32,000 nucleotides of DNA from Saccharolobus solfataricus (GTDB lineage: Archaea > Thermoproteota > Thermoprotei_A > Sulfolobales > Sulfolobaceae). Below the pieces are notes generated by a model. It saw only the letters and a list, made by a program, of their open reading frames with translations, did no database searches and had not been told where the DNA came from. The position numbers and the translations under genes are program-made. The stretch is from the NCBI RefSeq assembly GCF_900079115.1, contig NZ_LT549890.1:2610001-2642000 (forward strand), given 5' to 3'. Positions 1 through 11,791 of the stretch are shown here, one piece after another. Numbering within the stretch: the stretch's first letter is position 1; each line of letters opens with the position of its first letter.

Positions 1-219
1 ATTATTTTTTAATATTGGACCTACATCATGAAATTTGGGTGGTTCTATATTAACCAATCTAAGACATGCTTTAAGAGAGAGCTCTACAGCTTCTTGACAA
101 AGTCTTACTACAATGTTATATTTCTTTCTTTCATATTCTGTTTTAGCTAAATCTAATCTTTCTTCAGCTTGTGTAATATATGAAAATGCTAAGGAATCAA
201 AGTTCAACCGTTTCACCAA
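1..219 (-). CDS. HEPN-domain protein, putative toxin partner of the adjacent MNT; C-terminus runs off the window
   Basis: Not in the ORF track because it is partial and has no ATG. My own reverse-strand translation from the TTG/GTG/TTG cluster at 207-219 reads LNFDSLAFSYITQAEERLDLAKTEYERKKYNIVVRLCQEAVELSLKACLRLVNIEPPKFHDVGPILKNN and stays open to base 1. This fits the HEPN helix pattern (AEe.L..A...y...c.qAvE..LKA.l...PK.HD). The start overlaps the MNT stop codon at 197-199. Confidence 0.6.
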   Translation of the reverse strand, partial: MVKRLNFDSLAFSYITQAEERLDLAKTEYERKKYNIVVRLCQEAVELSLKACLRLVNIEPPKFHDVGPILKNN

Positions 220-721
220 ACCCTGAATCCTTTTTAAGTATCCAATACCATCTCTTACCCATCCTTACTCTCTCAGCACCTAATTCCATAAGCCTCCCCT
301 TTAATTTTTGCAATATCTTAGTGAAGAATTGGTCCTTATCGTAGAGAATTACAGCGTCATATACCATATCTAGATAAAGAGGTGAAATCTTTCCCGCTTC
401 CTCGGGAGTTTTAAGAATGGGAGAAAGTGATATGTAATAACCCTTACTCCAATACTCATCTAAATTTAACTTATCCTCGACCTTGGTCTCAAACAATCTA
501 ATTCTTTTAAGTATACCGTCCATAGGTAAATTATCTATAACTATCAATAAATCTACATCACTATCGTTTCTATTATCTCCCCTAGCAACGCTCCCATAAA
601 GTACTACCGATATCAGATCATCTTTAAATTCCTCTCTCATTATTTTGACCATGTCATTGAGCAACTTAGCATAAGGCTCCTTAATCATATGATATATAAA
701 TCCTAAAAATCTAATAAACAT
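197..721 (-). CDS. Minimal nucleotidyltransferase (MNT, Pol-beta superfamily), putative antitoxin of a HEPN-MNT pair
   Basis: 174-aa ORF. GSVARGDNRNDSDVDLLIV matches the GSxxRG...DxDL nucleotidyltransferase signature. The gene is translationally coupled to the downstream HEPN ORF. The true start may be the internal ATG at 688 (MIKEPYAKLL). Confidence 0.8.
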   Translation of the reverse strand: MFIRFLGFIYHMIKEPYAKLLNDMVKIMREEFKDDLISVVLYGSVARGDNRNDSDVDLLIVIDNLPMDGILKRIRLFETKVEDKLNLDEYWSKGYYISLSPILKTPEEAGKISPLYLDMVYDAVILYDKDQFFTKILQKLKGRLMELGAERVRMGKRWYWILKKDSGFGETVEL

Positions 722-750
722 GTCGTTTTATACTTAAAACGAAATCATAG

Positions 751-928
751 TGGGATTATATTTATGGTTATTCAGTTAGCCATTGTGAATTCAGTTTATT
801 TTAAAGATTACTACGAAATTAACTAATTGAAGACGACTAACTGGCGGAGATGCATGACTACCAATATTAACATTTTTACAACAGTATTATTTACAAATTG
901 CAATTCGCAAAGGAGACTTGAATTGTCC
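751..928 (+). mobile_element. MITE copy 1 (about 180 bp), with termini like those of the IS at 27538-29923
   Basis: The core from 811 is roughly 80% identical by eye to 18581-18698. The right end ATTGCAATTCGCAAAGGAGACTTGAATTGTCC is the reverse complement type of the IS left end GGGCGATTCATGTTTCCATTGCGAATTGTAAT. The left end (TGGGATT at 751) is degenerate. Confidence 0.5.
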
Positions 929-1025
929 TATAGTTATAAATTCACTTTTCCTTTTTATTTCGCCTAACCCTTAAATTTTTCTCGATATTAATCTATATGA
1001 TTTATCTCAAATTCAAAATTATCTG

Positions 1026-1082
1026 TGGGCGATTCATGTTTCCATTGCGAATTGTAATATTCTCTATGAATTAGGCTAATTC
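1026..1082 (+). repeat. Solo IS left-end fragment (terminal inverted repeat remnant)
   Basis: TGGGCGATTCATGTTTCCATTGCGAATTGTAATATTCTCTATGAATTAGGCTAATTC matches 27538-27594 at 54 of 57 positions by hand alignment. The two sequences then diverge, and I found no matching right end downstream. Confidence 0.55.
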
Positions 1083-1314
1083 TAAAATAGATAATAGTAG
1101 TTTTCTGAAAATGATCCCTAATAAATGATGTTAAAAGTTTGTTCCATTTAGGATATATAATATTTAGACTATACCCTTTTAATATTTATAATTATTAGAA
1201 TCTTCTTGAAGAGAATCTACGTAAACATTTAAGGCAAAAGGCATTCAAGATAACTTTACCTAAAAATACTATAGATTAAGAAACACTCCTCAATAGCTGA
1301 TAAGTCAGAAATAC

Positions 1315-1322
1315 TTTTATAA
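1315..1322 (+). promoter_or_regulatory. TATA box for tRNA-Thr
   Basis: TTTTATAA is centred about 29 nt upstream of tRNA position 1 (1348), the canonical archaeal TATA spacing. Confidence 0.45.
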
Positions 1323-1347
1323 TCCTTGTTTTCTTTATGTTTATGAT

Positions 1348-1423
<76 letters not shown>

Positions 1424-1648
1424 TTGTTACTAAAGAAAGGATAGCCACAAAATTTATCTCTACTAGTTTTTGGGTGGCGAATAATCTCACTGGTAAGAGA
1501 TAAATAGCTAGTTATAAAAGAATTTTTACATATCAGTGGGAGATTTCATTTATAACAGACGGGGGTTCAAAGGGGGCGGAAAACTTCTCTTTGAGATGAA
1601 TCCCTTTGTAGAAAAGTTAAAAATAGGAAAATAACGAAATACACATCA

Positions 1649-2873
1649 ATACCCACCTTAGGGTTTCGCTTCCGTGCATACACTGACGAACAAACCCTTA
1701 GGGCGTTAAAGGCCCAGTTGAAGTTAGCGTGCGAAATCTACAACACCTTAAGGTGGGCAGACATATACTTTTACCAAAGGGATGGGAAAGGACTAACACA
1801 AACTGAGTTAAGACAGTTGGCTCTAGATCTGAGAAAACAAGATGATGAGTATAAGCAAGTCTACTCGCAAGTAGTTCAACAAATAGCTGACCGTTACTAC
1901 GAAGCTAGACAGAGGTTTTTCGAAGGTTTAGCACGTTTCCCGAAAGAAAAGAAACCTCACAAATACTACTCCCTAGTCTATCCCCAGTATGGTTGGAAAA
2001 TACTTCAAGTTAGAGAAATAAGAAAAGGCAAGAAGAAAACTAATAACGCTTAAACTATCAAATCTTGGTACGTTCAAGGTAATAGTTCACCGAGACTTTC
2101 CCCTTGACAAAGTAAAGAGGGTAGTAGTGAAGCTAACAAGATCTGAGAGGATTTACATCACTTTCGTAGTAGAAGGTTACGAATTCCCCAAGTTACCTAA
2201 CACTGGTAAGGTAGTGGCGATAGATGTTGGTGTAGAAAAGTTGTTAGTAACGCCGGATGGTGAATATTTTCCTAATTTGAGACCTCTTGAAAAGGCGTTA
2301 TGGAAAGTGAAGCATCTACACAGAGAACTTTCAAGGAAGAAGTTCCTCTCTAATAATTGGTTTAAGGCTAAGGTTAAGCTTGCTAGGGCTTATGAGCATT
2401 TGAAGAACCTGAGGAGTGATCTTTACATGAAGTTGGGTAAGTGGTTTGCTGAGCATTATGACGTTGTGGTGATGGAGGGTATTCACGCTAAACAACTTGT
2501 GGGTAAGTCCTTGAGGTCTCTGAGGAGGAGGCTGAGTGATGTGGGATTTGGTGAGTTGAGGGATGTGCTGAAGTATCAGCTGGAAAAATACGGAAAGAAA
2601 CTCATCCTAGTTAATCCTGCATACACTTCCAAAACTTGTGCTAGGTGCGGGTATGTGAAAAATGACTTGTCTCTATCTGATCGTGTTTTCGTTTGTCCCA
2701 ACTGTGGTTGGATTGCAGATCGTGACTATAATGCTTCTCTTAACATTTTGAAGGGTGCGGGGTCGGAGCGATCCTTAGTGCCTGTGGAACTCCGCCCTCT
2801 ACCAGTACCAGCACTTCGGTACTGGCATGGCAGAGCTGTGAAGCAGGAAGCTCCCTCATTTATGAGGGGGTAG
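1649..2873 (+). pseudogene. tnpB: TnpB (OrfB) RNA-guided nuclease / IS605 transposase accessory protein, disrupted
   Basis: Track ORFs 1718-2053 and 2127-2873 are the two halves. The second frame is open from 2022 and reads [28 protein letters not shown], so a 1-nt indel lies in the A-rich run 2022-2050. The protein has a RuvC-like core and a zinc finger (CARCG...CPNCG). In frame between the TGA at 1592 and the TTG at 1718 there is no ATG, GTG or TTG. The ATA at 1649 sits where the start is expected ([15 protein letters not shown]), which suggests an ATG to ATA mutation. Confidence 0.8.
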
Positions 2874-2890
2874 CTCACCAGTAGGAATAA
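2745..2890 (+). ncRNA. Candidate omega-RNA (reRNA) scaffold at the right end of the TnpB element
   Basis: A GC-rich block overlaps the TnpB C-terminal tail. It has an 8-bp hairpin (CCAGTACC 2802-2809 with GGTACTGG 2818-2825) and a second hairpin (CCCTCA 2853-2858 with TGAGGG 2863-2868, extendable to 8 bp). The location matches where TnpB omega-RNAs are encoded. Confidence 0.35.
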
Positions 2891-2931
2891 CTACTACGTT
2901 AGGCTTTTTAATAGCGCTATTTGCGGCTAAT

Positions 2932-3156
2932 GTGAGTCTGCTATTTATATTAAGAAAAAATAATAGCTTAAGCTTGTGGAATATTCTTCTTACTTTAGCA
3001 ATAAACCTAATATTAATATTTGTGATATTCGCAAACATTATAACGACATCAGTTAACACTCCCGTTTTAATAGGAGTCTTATCATTTGTGGTATGGATGA
3101 TAGTTGGTGCAATTTATAAAATATTGACAATAAATGAGAAATTAAGTAAAACTTAA
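2932..3156 (+). CDS. Hypothetical small membrane protein (2 predicted TM helices)
   Basis: 74-aa ORF with a GTG start and two hydrophobic stretches. It overlaps an antisense ORF (2856-3059) that is equally unsupported. No homology recognised. Confidence 0.25.
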   Translation: MSLLFILRKNNSLSLWNILLTLAINLILIFVIFANIITTSVNTPVLIGVLSFVVWMIVGAIYKILTINEKLSKT

Positions 3157-3169
3157 GACTTTGTAACGT

Positions 3170-3970
3170 TTAAACTTTAGTTGATATTTCTACAAAGAAT
3201 TGAAAGGCTTTTGGTGTCTGTGATTGTATGAATATTAGATAATTATCATTATTATTTATTCCTACGAAGTAGTAAACACTACCATACTGGCTAATGAAGC
3301 TCAAATTAAAGTACTTCATGCCATTTATGCTTGATACTGTGACATTCTGTCCAGTGCTTTTCAACAAATAAGTAAATAGTGAAGATATGTTTGAGGAATT
3401 TGCTATATCTATTGAGATATATGAGTTATTATACATTATTGTTTCAAAATAAATGGTATAGTTTTTAGTTATAGCGTTACCAAACTCCAACAGCGAAACA
3501 CTTTGATTAGCCGGAAATAATAGTGGATTGAGTGTAGGCATTAGACCATTTCCGCTCTTTAAAGTCTCTATTTCTAGGTTTACTATGTTACTCAAGTCGA
3601 ATTTACTCGAGTTTCCGGTTATATTTGCGGAAACCAGATACTTTCCAAGCTTAATTCCTTTTAATGTAGTACTTGTGGAATTTAATTGGATTACATTGAG
3701 CGTGATAGTTTGATTTGCCCTTTGAATATACTCCTGGTATAATGCTGAGCCTCCGGGGTATTGCTGATTAACTGCGCTACTGTAATTCTCTTCAAATAAA
3801 CCAGTTATGTTCCACCCATTTCCTAAAATTGAGGAAATCTGGGCTTGGGTTGGAAATACTACCTTTGTCACATTAATTTGCTGTTGTGAAGTATTATGAA
3901 CTAGAATAACAATACCGGATATTACTAATATAACGGCTACGACTATGATTAAAATTTGATACCACTTCAT
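3170..3970 (-). CDS. Hypothetical extracellular protein with an N-terminal signal anchor; probably heavily N-glycosylated
   Basis: 266-aa ORF. The N-terminal TM segment is WYQILIIVVAVILVISGIVILV. About 15 NxS/T sequons are present (NTS, NVT, NIT, NYS, NQT, NST and others), as is typical for Sulfolobales surface proteins. Confidence 0.6.
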   Translation of the reverse strand: MKWYQILIIVVAVILVISGIVILVHNTSQQQINVTKVVFPTQAQISSILGNGWNITGLFEENYSSAVNQQYPGGSALYQEYIQRANQTITLNVIQLNSTSTTLKGIKLGKYLVSANITGNSSKFDLSNIVNLEIETLKSGNGLMPTLNPLLFPANQSVSLLEFGNAITKNYTIYFETIMYNNSYISIDIANSSNISSLFTYLLKSTGQNVTVSSINGMKYFNLSFISQYGSVYYFVGINNNDNYLIFIQSQTPKAFQFFVEISTKV

Positions 3971-4261
3971 GCTAATTAATCTATGTTGAATATAATAAAG
4001 TTACTTTTATAAGAGATTTAGAAACCGTAGTTAGCAGTTCCTGTTATATCAAGAAATTAATAACAGTTGTAATAAGGTATATGACTTACAGCCAACAGAG
4101 GAGATATCTTGCATAATTGACGTAACATGGTAGGTCTTTAAACGTGGGAAATCCGTATTAGGTATCAGCACAGAGTGGCCTAACGAGGTCAATCAACCCC
4201 TTATATTAAATGTTAAAGATCTGATAAAAAATTATGAAAGTTCACTGAAGTTCAGAATCCC

Positions 4262-4756
<495 letters not shown>

Positions 4757-4867
4757 TTAGAGCACTGGTTTAAATAGCTTACTGTAATGTTTAAGCATTA
4801 TAACAAAAGCATATATCTTTGAAATATTTTATTAATAATAAAGATGGAAATGAACACTTTTTATCAT

Positions 4868-5170
4868 CTATGTAAATCTGCACGTCTTGCAATATGGAAA
4901 TACGCGGTTTAATACTTTAACTAAACATTCTTCTTTAGTAATATTGTTACACTCAAACAGTTTATAGTTCATCTTAACTGCTTCAATAATTTTGCTTCGG
5001 TCGGTCTGTTTAACTATAAGGATGTCAATTTTCTTGGGAATAGTGTTCCTCTTAACTATTAACCCATCATCACTTATCAAATAGAAAGCATTCTCTTCAT
5101 CTTCGAATTTTACAGCTACCTCTCTGTTCATTATGAATAATATGTAGAAATAGCTTAATAAAGATAGCAC
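4868..5170 (-). CDS. Hypothetical protein
   Basis: 100-aa ORF. A more likely start is the ATG at 5131 (MNREVAVKFEDEE). The C-terminus carries a CxxC (YCKTCRF). No family recognised. Confidence 0.35.
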   Translation of the reverse strand: MLSLLSYFYILFIMNREVAVKFEDEENAFYLISDDGLIVKRNTIPKKIDILIVKQTDRSKIIEAVKMNYKLFECNNITKEECLVKVLNRVFPYCKTCRFT

Positions 5171-5483
5171 AGAAAAACTACGTTAATTTTTTTTTAGTTC
5201 ATTAAATTCATGTCACTTTTAAAATTATAGATTATTTTAAAAACTACGTTATTGCTTTCACAGAAACTATAATTATCCATGTTATTTAGGTGTATAACTC
5301 ACGTAGGTAATTTAGATTTTTCTCACCCACTTAGATCGTATGTTGAAAAGTTTATTTATGAAGAGTGTGTGTATAAATTCTTAAATTATTATCAGATTTA
5401 TATAATATAATAAATTCCCTCACTAGTCTTTTTAAACATTAGGAACTAAGTTCATATTTTTAGTAGGGATACTCTTATTTACC

Positions 5484-5499
5484 ATTATATCTATAATTA
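5484..5499 (+). promoter_or_regulatory. Putative TATA region for the OFOR operon (leaderless or short-leader mRNA)
   Basis: ATTATATCTATAATTA lies 15-30 nt upstream of the ATG at 5514. Confidence 0.3.
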
Positions 5500-5513
5500 T
5501 ATACTGATAACTC

Positions 5514-8316
<2,803 letters not shown>

Positions 8317-8329
8317 GATATAATATCAC

Positions 8330-8342
8330 TTTTTTCTTTTTT
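8330..8342 (+). terminator. T-rich archaeal terminator after the OFOR operon
   Basis: TTTTTTCTTTTTT begins 14 nt after the TAA at 8314-8316. Confidence 0.4.
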
Positions 8343-8484
8343 ATCTCTTTCACAATTTTTATCTTGGTTTAATAAACCCTTTCAACAAAGGGACTAGTTT
8401 ATACTTTCTACTTAAGGACTTTAAATTACATCCTTTTTTGTGAAATCTTAAAAACTATCAAGAACATTCATTATAGAGGTAGAA

Positions 8485-10317
8485 TTGCCGGAACTCAAAG
8501 TTGTTGTTTCAATAAAGCAAGTTCCAGATGTGGATGAATTAAGGATTGACCCGGTAACTAATAATTTGGTAAGGGAAGGAGTACCAGCTGTTATTAATCC
8601 TCCAGATTTACATGCAATAGAAGAAGCTGTTAGATTAAAGGAGAGATATGGAGCTAAAACTATAGTTATAACAATGGGTCCACCACAAGCTGATTCAGCA
8701 CTTAGGGAGGCCCTAGCTATGGGAATTGATGAAGCTTATCTCATAAGTGATAGGGCTATGGCTGGAGCAGATACTTGGGCAACTTCCTATACGATATCTA
8801 AGGCGGTTCAAAAATTGGGTGGGGCGGATCTAATACTCTTTGGAAGAAGAGCTGTTGATGGAGAGACTGAGCAAGTCGGACCTCAAACTGGAAAATGGCT
8901 TGGACTTCCAGTTATAGGCTATGTCAGTGAGATAAAGAGCTTAGAGAAGGATAAAATAGTGGTAACTAGAACTACTGAATTTGATGAAGAGGTTATTGAG
9001 GCTCCCGTTCCCGTAGTATTAACTATATTGGAAGTTGCGAATAAGCCGAGACAACCTGATATACTAAGCCTAATTAAAGCTAAAACGGCTAAAGTTACGG
9101 TTTGGAATAAGGATGACATTAAGGCTGAGCCAAACAAAATTGGCTTAGCTGGATCACCTACTAAGGTAATAAAAGTTCAACCTCCACCTAAAACTAGAAA
9201 GGCTGAAATAATAGATGGTAAAAAGGATGTTGAAAAGGCCGCAAAATGGTTCTTAGATAAGATTTTTGAGTCGTTAAAGGAAGATGAGAGTACGTTAAAG
9301 GAGTACGTGAAGCCTAAACCAAAGGTTAAAGTAAATGGTGAAATCTGGGTATATATAGATCATATAGGAGAAAAACCAAACAGAGCGTCTTTTGAGATTA
9401 TGGGAGAAGCGAGAAGGATTGCCGACCTAATGGATACAAGTCTTTCTGCAGTAATGGTTGGGGGAGAGGCTACGAAATCCTTAATAGAAGAGACTTTTGA
9501 ATATGGGGCAGATAAAGTATATTTTGTGGAAACTAAGGGATTCGATAGATACGATAACGAAGTGTACACTAGAGCATTAGCCAAGGTAATAAAGAAATAT
9601 AAGCCAGAAGCAGTCTTCTTCCCAGGGACTAAAAATGCCAGAGAACTTGCATCAACGACTGCAATTGAAGTAGATACTGGATTAATAGCTGATTGTACTA
9701 ACTTTGACGTGGACGATAAAGGAGTTTTACTTTCAACAAGACCTGACTTTGGAGGTAAAGAAATGTCCACCATAATATGTCCTAGACATAGACCAGTAAT
9801 GGTTACAGTTAGAGCTGGTGTATTCATGCCGTTACCCAGAGTCCCTGGGAGAAAGGGTGAATTAGCAAGAGAGGAAATTGATGACCTATTCACTAGACTT
9901 AAAGTATTAGACTATAGAGTTATAGAAAAGAGAAATATCTTAGCGGAGGCAGATATAGTGATAGGTGTAGGTAGGGGTATTAGAAGCCCAGAAAATATAA
10001 AGATGGCTGAGGAATTAGCCTCATTATTAGGCGGAGTAGTTGGCGTTTCTAAACCATTGGCAGATATGGGTTGGTATCCTAAGGATAGACAAGTCGGTCA
10101 AACTGGTACAACAATAAGGCCTAAGGTTTACATAGCATTAGGGATTTCTGGTGCAGTACAACACTTAGTTGGTATACTATCTTCCAGAAAGATAGGGGCC
10201 ATAAACTTGGATCCAAGTGCACCAATCTTTGAGAATTGCGATTTCGGAGTAGTCGGTGATATCTTCGAGATATTACCTAAAATGATGGAATTGCTTAAGA
10301 AAAAGGAGGTAAGCTAG
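8485..10317 (+). CDS. Fused electron transfer flavoprotein, EtfB (N-terminal) and EtfA (C-terminal) in one chain
   Basis: 610-aa ORF with a TTG start. Residues 1 to about 230 are EtfB-like (KVVVSIKQVPD...DGETEQVGPQ...PVVLTILE). A Lys/Pro-rich linker follows. The C-terminal part is EtfA-like (VGVGRGI...VGQTGTTIRPKVYIALGISGAVQH). Confidence 0.88.
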   Translation: MPELKVVVSIKQVPDVDELRIDPVTNNLVREGVPAVINPPDLHAIEEAVRLKERYGAKTIVITMGPPQADSALREALAMGIDEAYLISDRAMAGADTWATSYTISKAVQKLGGADLILFGRRAVDGETEQVGPQTGKWLGLPVIGYVSEIKSLEKDKIVVTRTTEFDEEVIEAPVPVVLTILEVANKPRQPDILSLIKAKTAKVTVWNKDDIKAEPNKIGLAGSPTKVIKVQPPPKTRKAEIIDGKKDVEKAAKWFLDKIFESLKEDESTLKEYVKPKPKVKVNGEIWVYIDHIGEKPNRASFEIMGEARRIADLMDTSLSAVMVGGEATKSLIEETFEYGADKVYFVETKGFDRYDNEVYTRALAKVIKKYKPEAVFFPGTKNARELASTTAIEVDTGLIADCTNFDVDDKGVLLSTRPDFGGKEMSTIICPRHRPVMVTVRAGVFMPLPRVPGRKGELAREEIDDLFTRLKVLDYRVIEKRNILAEADIVIGVGRGIRSPENIKMAEELASLLGGVVGVSKPLADMGWYPKDRQVGQTGTTIRPKVYIALGISGAVQHLVGILSSRKIGAINLDPSAPIFENCDFGVVGDIFEILPKMMELLKKKEVS

Positions 10318-10319
10318 GA

Positions 10320-11507
10320 ATGAAATTCGATATTGTTGTAGTTGGAGCTGGACCCGCTGGTTCATCTGCAGCTATAACTGCAGCTAGAGGGGGAGCTAAA
10401 GTCCTATTATTAGAAAGGGGTCCAGAGCCAGGTTCCAAGAACGTTTCTGGAGCAATGATAAGGTTAGAGGATTTCTCTTCAGTTTATGACATAGCTTCTA
10501 TTCCAATAGAGAGAAAAGTAAAGAATGTTGATTTGATCTTACTAAGTGACTCAAATAGAACAAGAATAAGTGTAAATGTTGAATCAAATTTAGCAACTGT
10601 CGCAAGGTTGAAACTAGATAAATGGATGGCTCAACAAGCGGAAAAAGCTGGAGCACTACTGATAACAAAAACAACTGTATTAGGAGTTGAAAGGGAAGGA
10701 AACGAATATAAAATATCAACTGATAGGGGTGAAATAACTGCTGATAGAGTAGTATTAGCTGAGGGTGTGAATGCCTTAGTTTCAATGAAGGCTAATATAA
10801 GGCCAGATTTAACTCCGGATCATGCAGCGCAAACAGTTAAAGAGGTTTATAGTTTAAATAAGGATGAGATCAATAAGAGATTTGGATTTAAGGCTGACGA
10901 CGAAGGCATAAGTTGGAGAATATTAGGGACAGACCCAGTTCCCTATGCTGGTTTCCTTTACGTATATAAGGATGCCGTGGCAATAGGTGCCGGAATTCCC
11001 ATGAAGATACTTATAAAGAGAAAAATAACTCCTTATACTGTATTAGACGAGGTCAAGGAGAGACTGAACTTTAACGAGTTAGTTAAGGGAGCGTCACTAA
11101 GAGAATATTCGGCAAAGGTTATACCAGAATATGGTTTTCCTTCATGGAAAGCTTGTTCAGGTAAGGTTTATTTAGCTGGAGATGCAATAGGTCTTGTGGA
11201 TCCATTGACATTTAATGGGATTGGTCCTGCAGTGGCTTCCGGAGTGGTTGCAGGAAAGGCTGCTTTAGAATCTTATGAATGTAACAAATATGAATACGAA
11301 TTAATGAAAAATAAGGAAGTTAGAAGAGTTGTGAATGCCAGACCACTAGTAAAGGAGTTAATAGAAGAAGAAAACTTCAAATATTATGTGAAAACTATTA
11401 ATGATCTCCTACACGGTTGGGTTTACAGTGACTTTTCTAAAGTTAAGTTAGACACGTCTAAACTACTTAAACACTTATTATTAGGTATGGGGGTGTTAAA
11501 GTCATGA
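10320..11507 (+). CDS. fixC: FixC-type FAD-dependent oxidoreductase (ETF:quinone oxidoreductase-like)
   Basis: 395-aa ORF. The dinucleotide-binding N-terminus is DIVVVGAGPAGSSAAITAARGGAKVLLLERG. It starts 3 nt after the etf stop and overlaps fixX by ATGA. Confidence 0.85.
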   Translation: MKFDIVVVGAGPAGSSAAITAARGGAKVLLLERGPEPGSKNVSGAMIRLEDFSSVYDIASIPIERKVKNVDLILLSDSNRTRISVNVESNLATVARLKLDKWMAQQAEKAGALLITKTTVLGVEREGNEYKISTDRGEITADRVVLAEGVNALVSMKANIRPDLTPDHAAQTVKEVYSLNKDEINKRFGFKADDEGISWRILGTDPVPYAGFLYVYKDAVAIGAGIPMKILIKRKITPYTVLDEVKERLNFNELVKGASLREYSAKVIPEYGFPSWKACSGKVYLAGDAIGLVDPLTFNGIGPAVASGVVAGKAALESYECNKYEYELMKNKEVRRVVNARPLVKELIEEENFKYYVKTINDLLHGWVYSDFSKVKLDTSKLLKHLLLGMGVLKS

Positions 11508-11791
11508 GAATAGAGGAAAAACTTTACACTCTAAGATATAAGAAGGACGAACAACCCCATCTAGCCATTATTGATCCAAACAAATGTCTCAGATGTGAAC
11601 AAGTTAATGGGGTTCCACAACCATGCATTGCAGTCTGCCCTGCAAATGTTTATTCATGGATCGATCAAAGAATTGTGATATCTTATGAGAATTGTGTTGA
11701 GTGTGGCGCTTGTAGAATTGCTTGTCCCTATTCTAACATCTTATGGAAGTATCCAAGATATGGGTTAGGCATAGCATTAAGGTATGGTTAA
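11504..11791 (+). CDS. fixX: FixX ferredoxin-like protein
   Basis: 95-aa ORF with Cys motifs (CLRCE...CPANVY...CVECGACRIACP). Size and position after fixC are typical. Confidence 0.85.
   Translation: MRIEEKLYTLRYKKDEQPHLAIIDPNKCLRCEQVNGVPQPCIAVCPANVYSWIDQRIVISYENCVECGACRIACPYSNILWKYPRYGLGIALRYG

Larger units (their letters stand above)
1570..2890 (+). mobile_element. IS200/IS605-family orfB-only element (IS1341 group; ISC1316- or ISC1476-like). Boundaries are approximate.
   Basis: Contains only a TnpB-type gene with no tnpA. GC content is visibly higher than in the flanks. A structured right end overlaps the 3' end of the gene. The element lies about 150-230 bp downstream of tRNA-Thr. The IS name is from memory and the ends are not mapped. 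Confidence 0.55.

Noticed and set aside
2022-2050. Programmed ribosomal frameshift joining the two TnpB ORFs
   Set aside because: There is no canonical X-XXY-YYZ slippery heptamer. The gene also lacks a usable start codon, so decay is the simpler explanation.
8919-10785. Antisense ORFs 8919-9137, 9360-9893 and 10498-10785 inside etfBA and fixC
   Set aside because: They lie fully inside strongly supported genes on the other strand and have low-complexity Ser/Leu/Thr-rich translations typical of shadow ORFs.
11788-11791. fixX and the convergent PPDK_N-like gene share the palindromic TTAA for both stop codons
   Set aside because: It is real but trivial. It shows only that there is no intergenic space for separate terminators.
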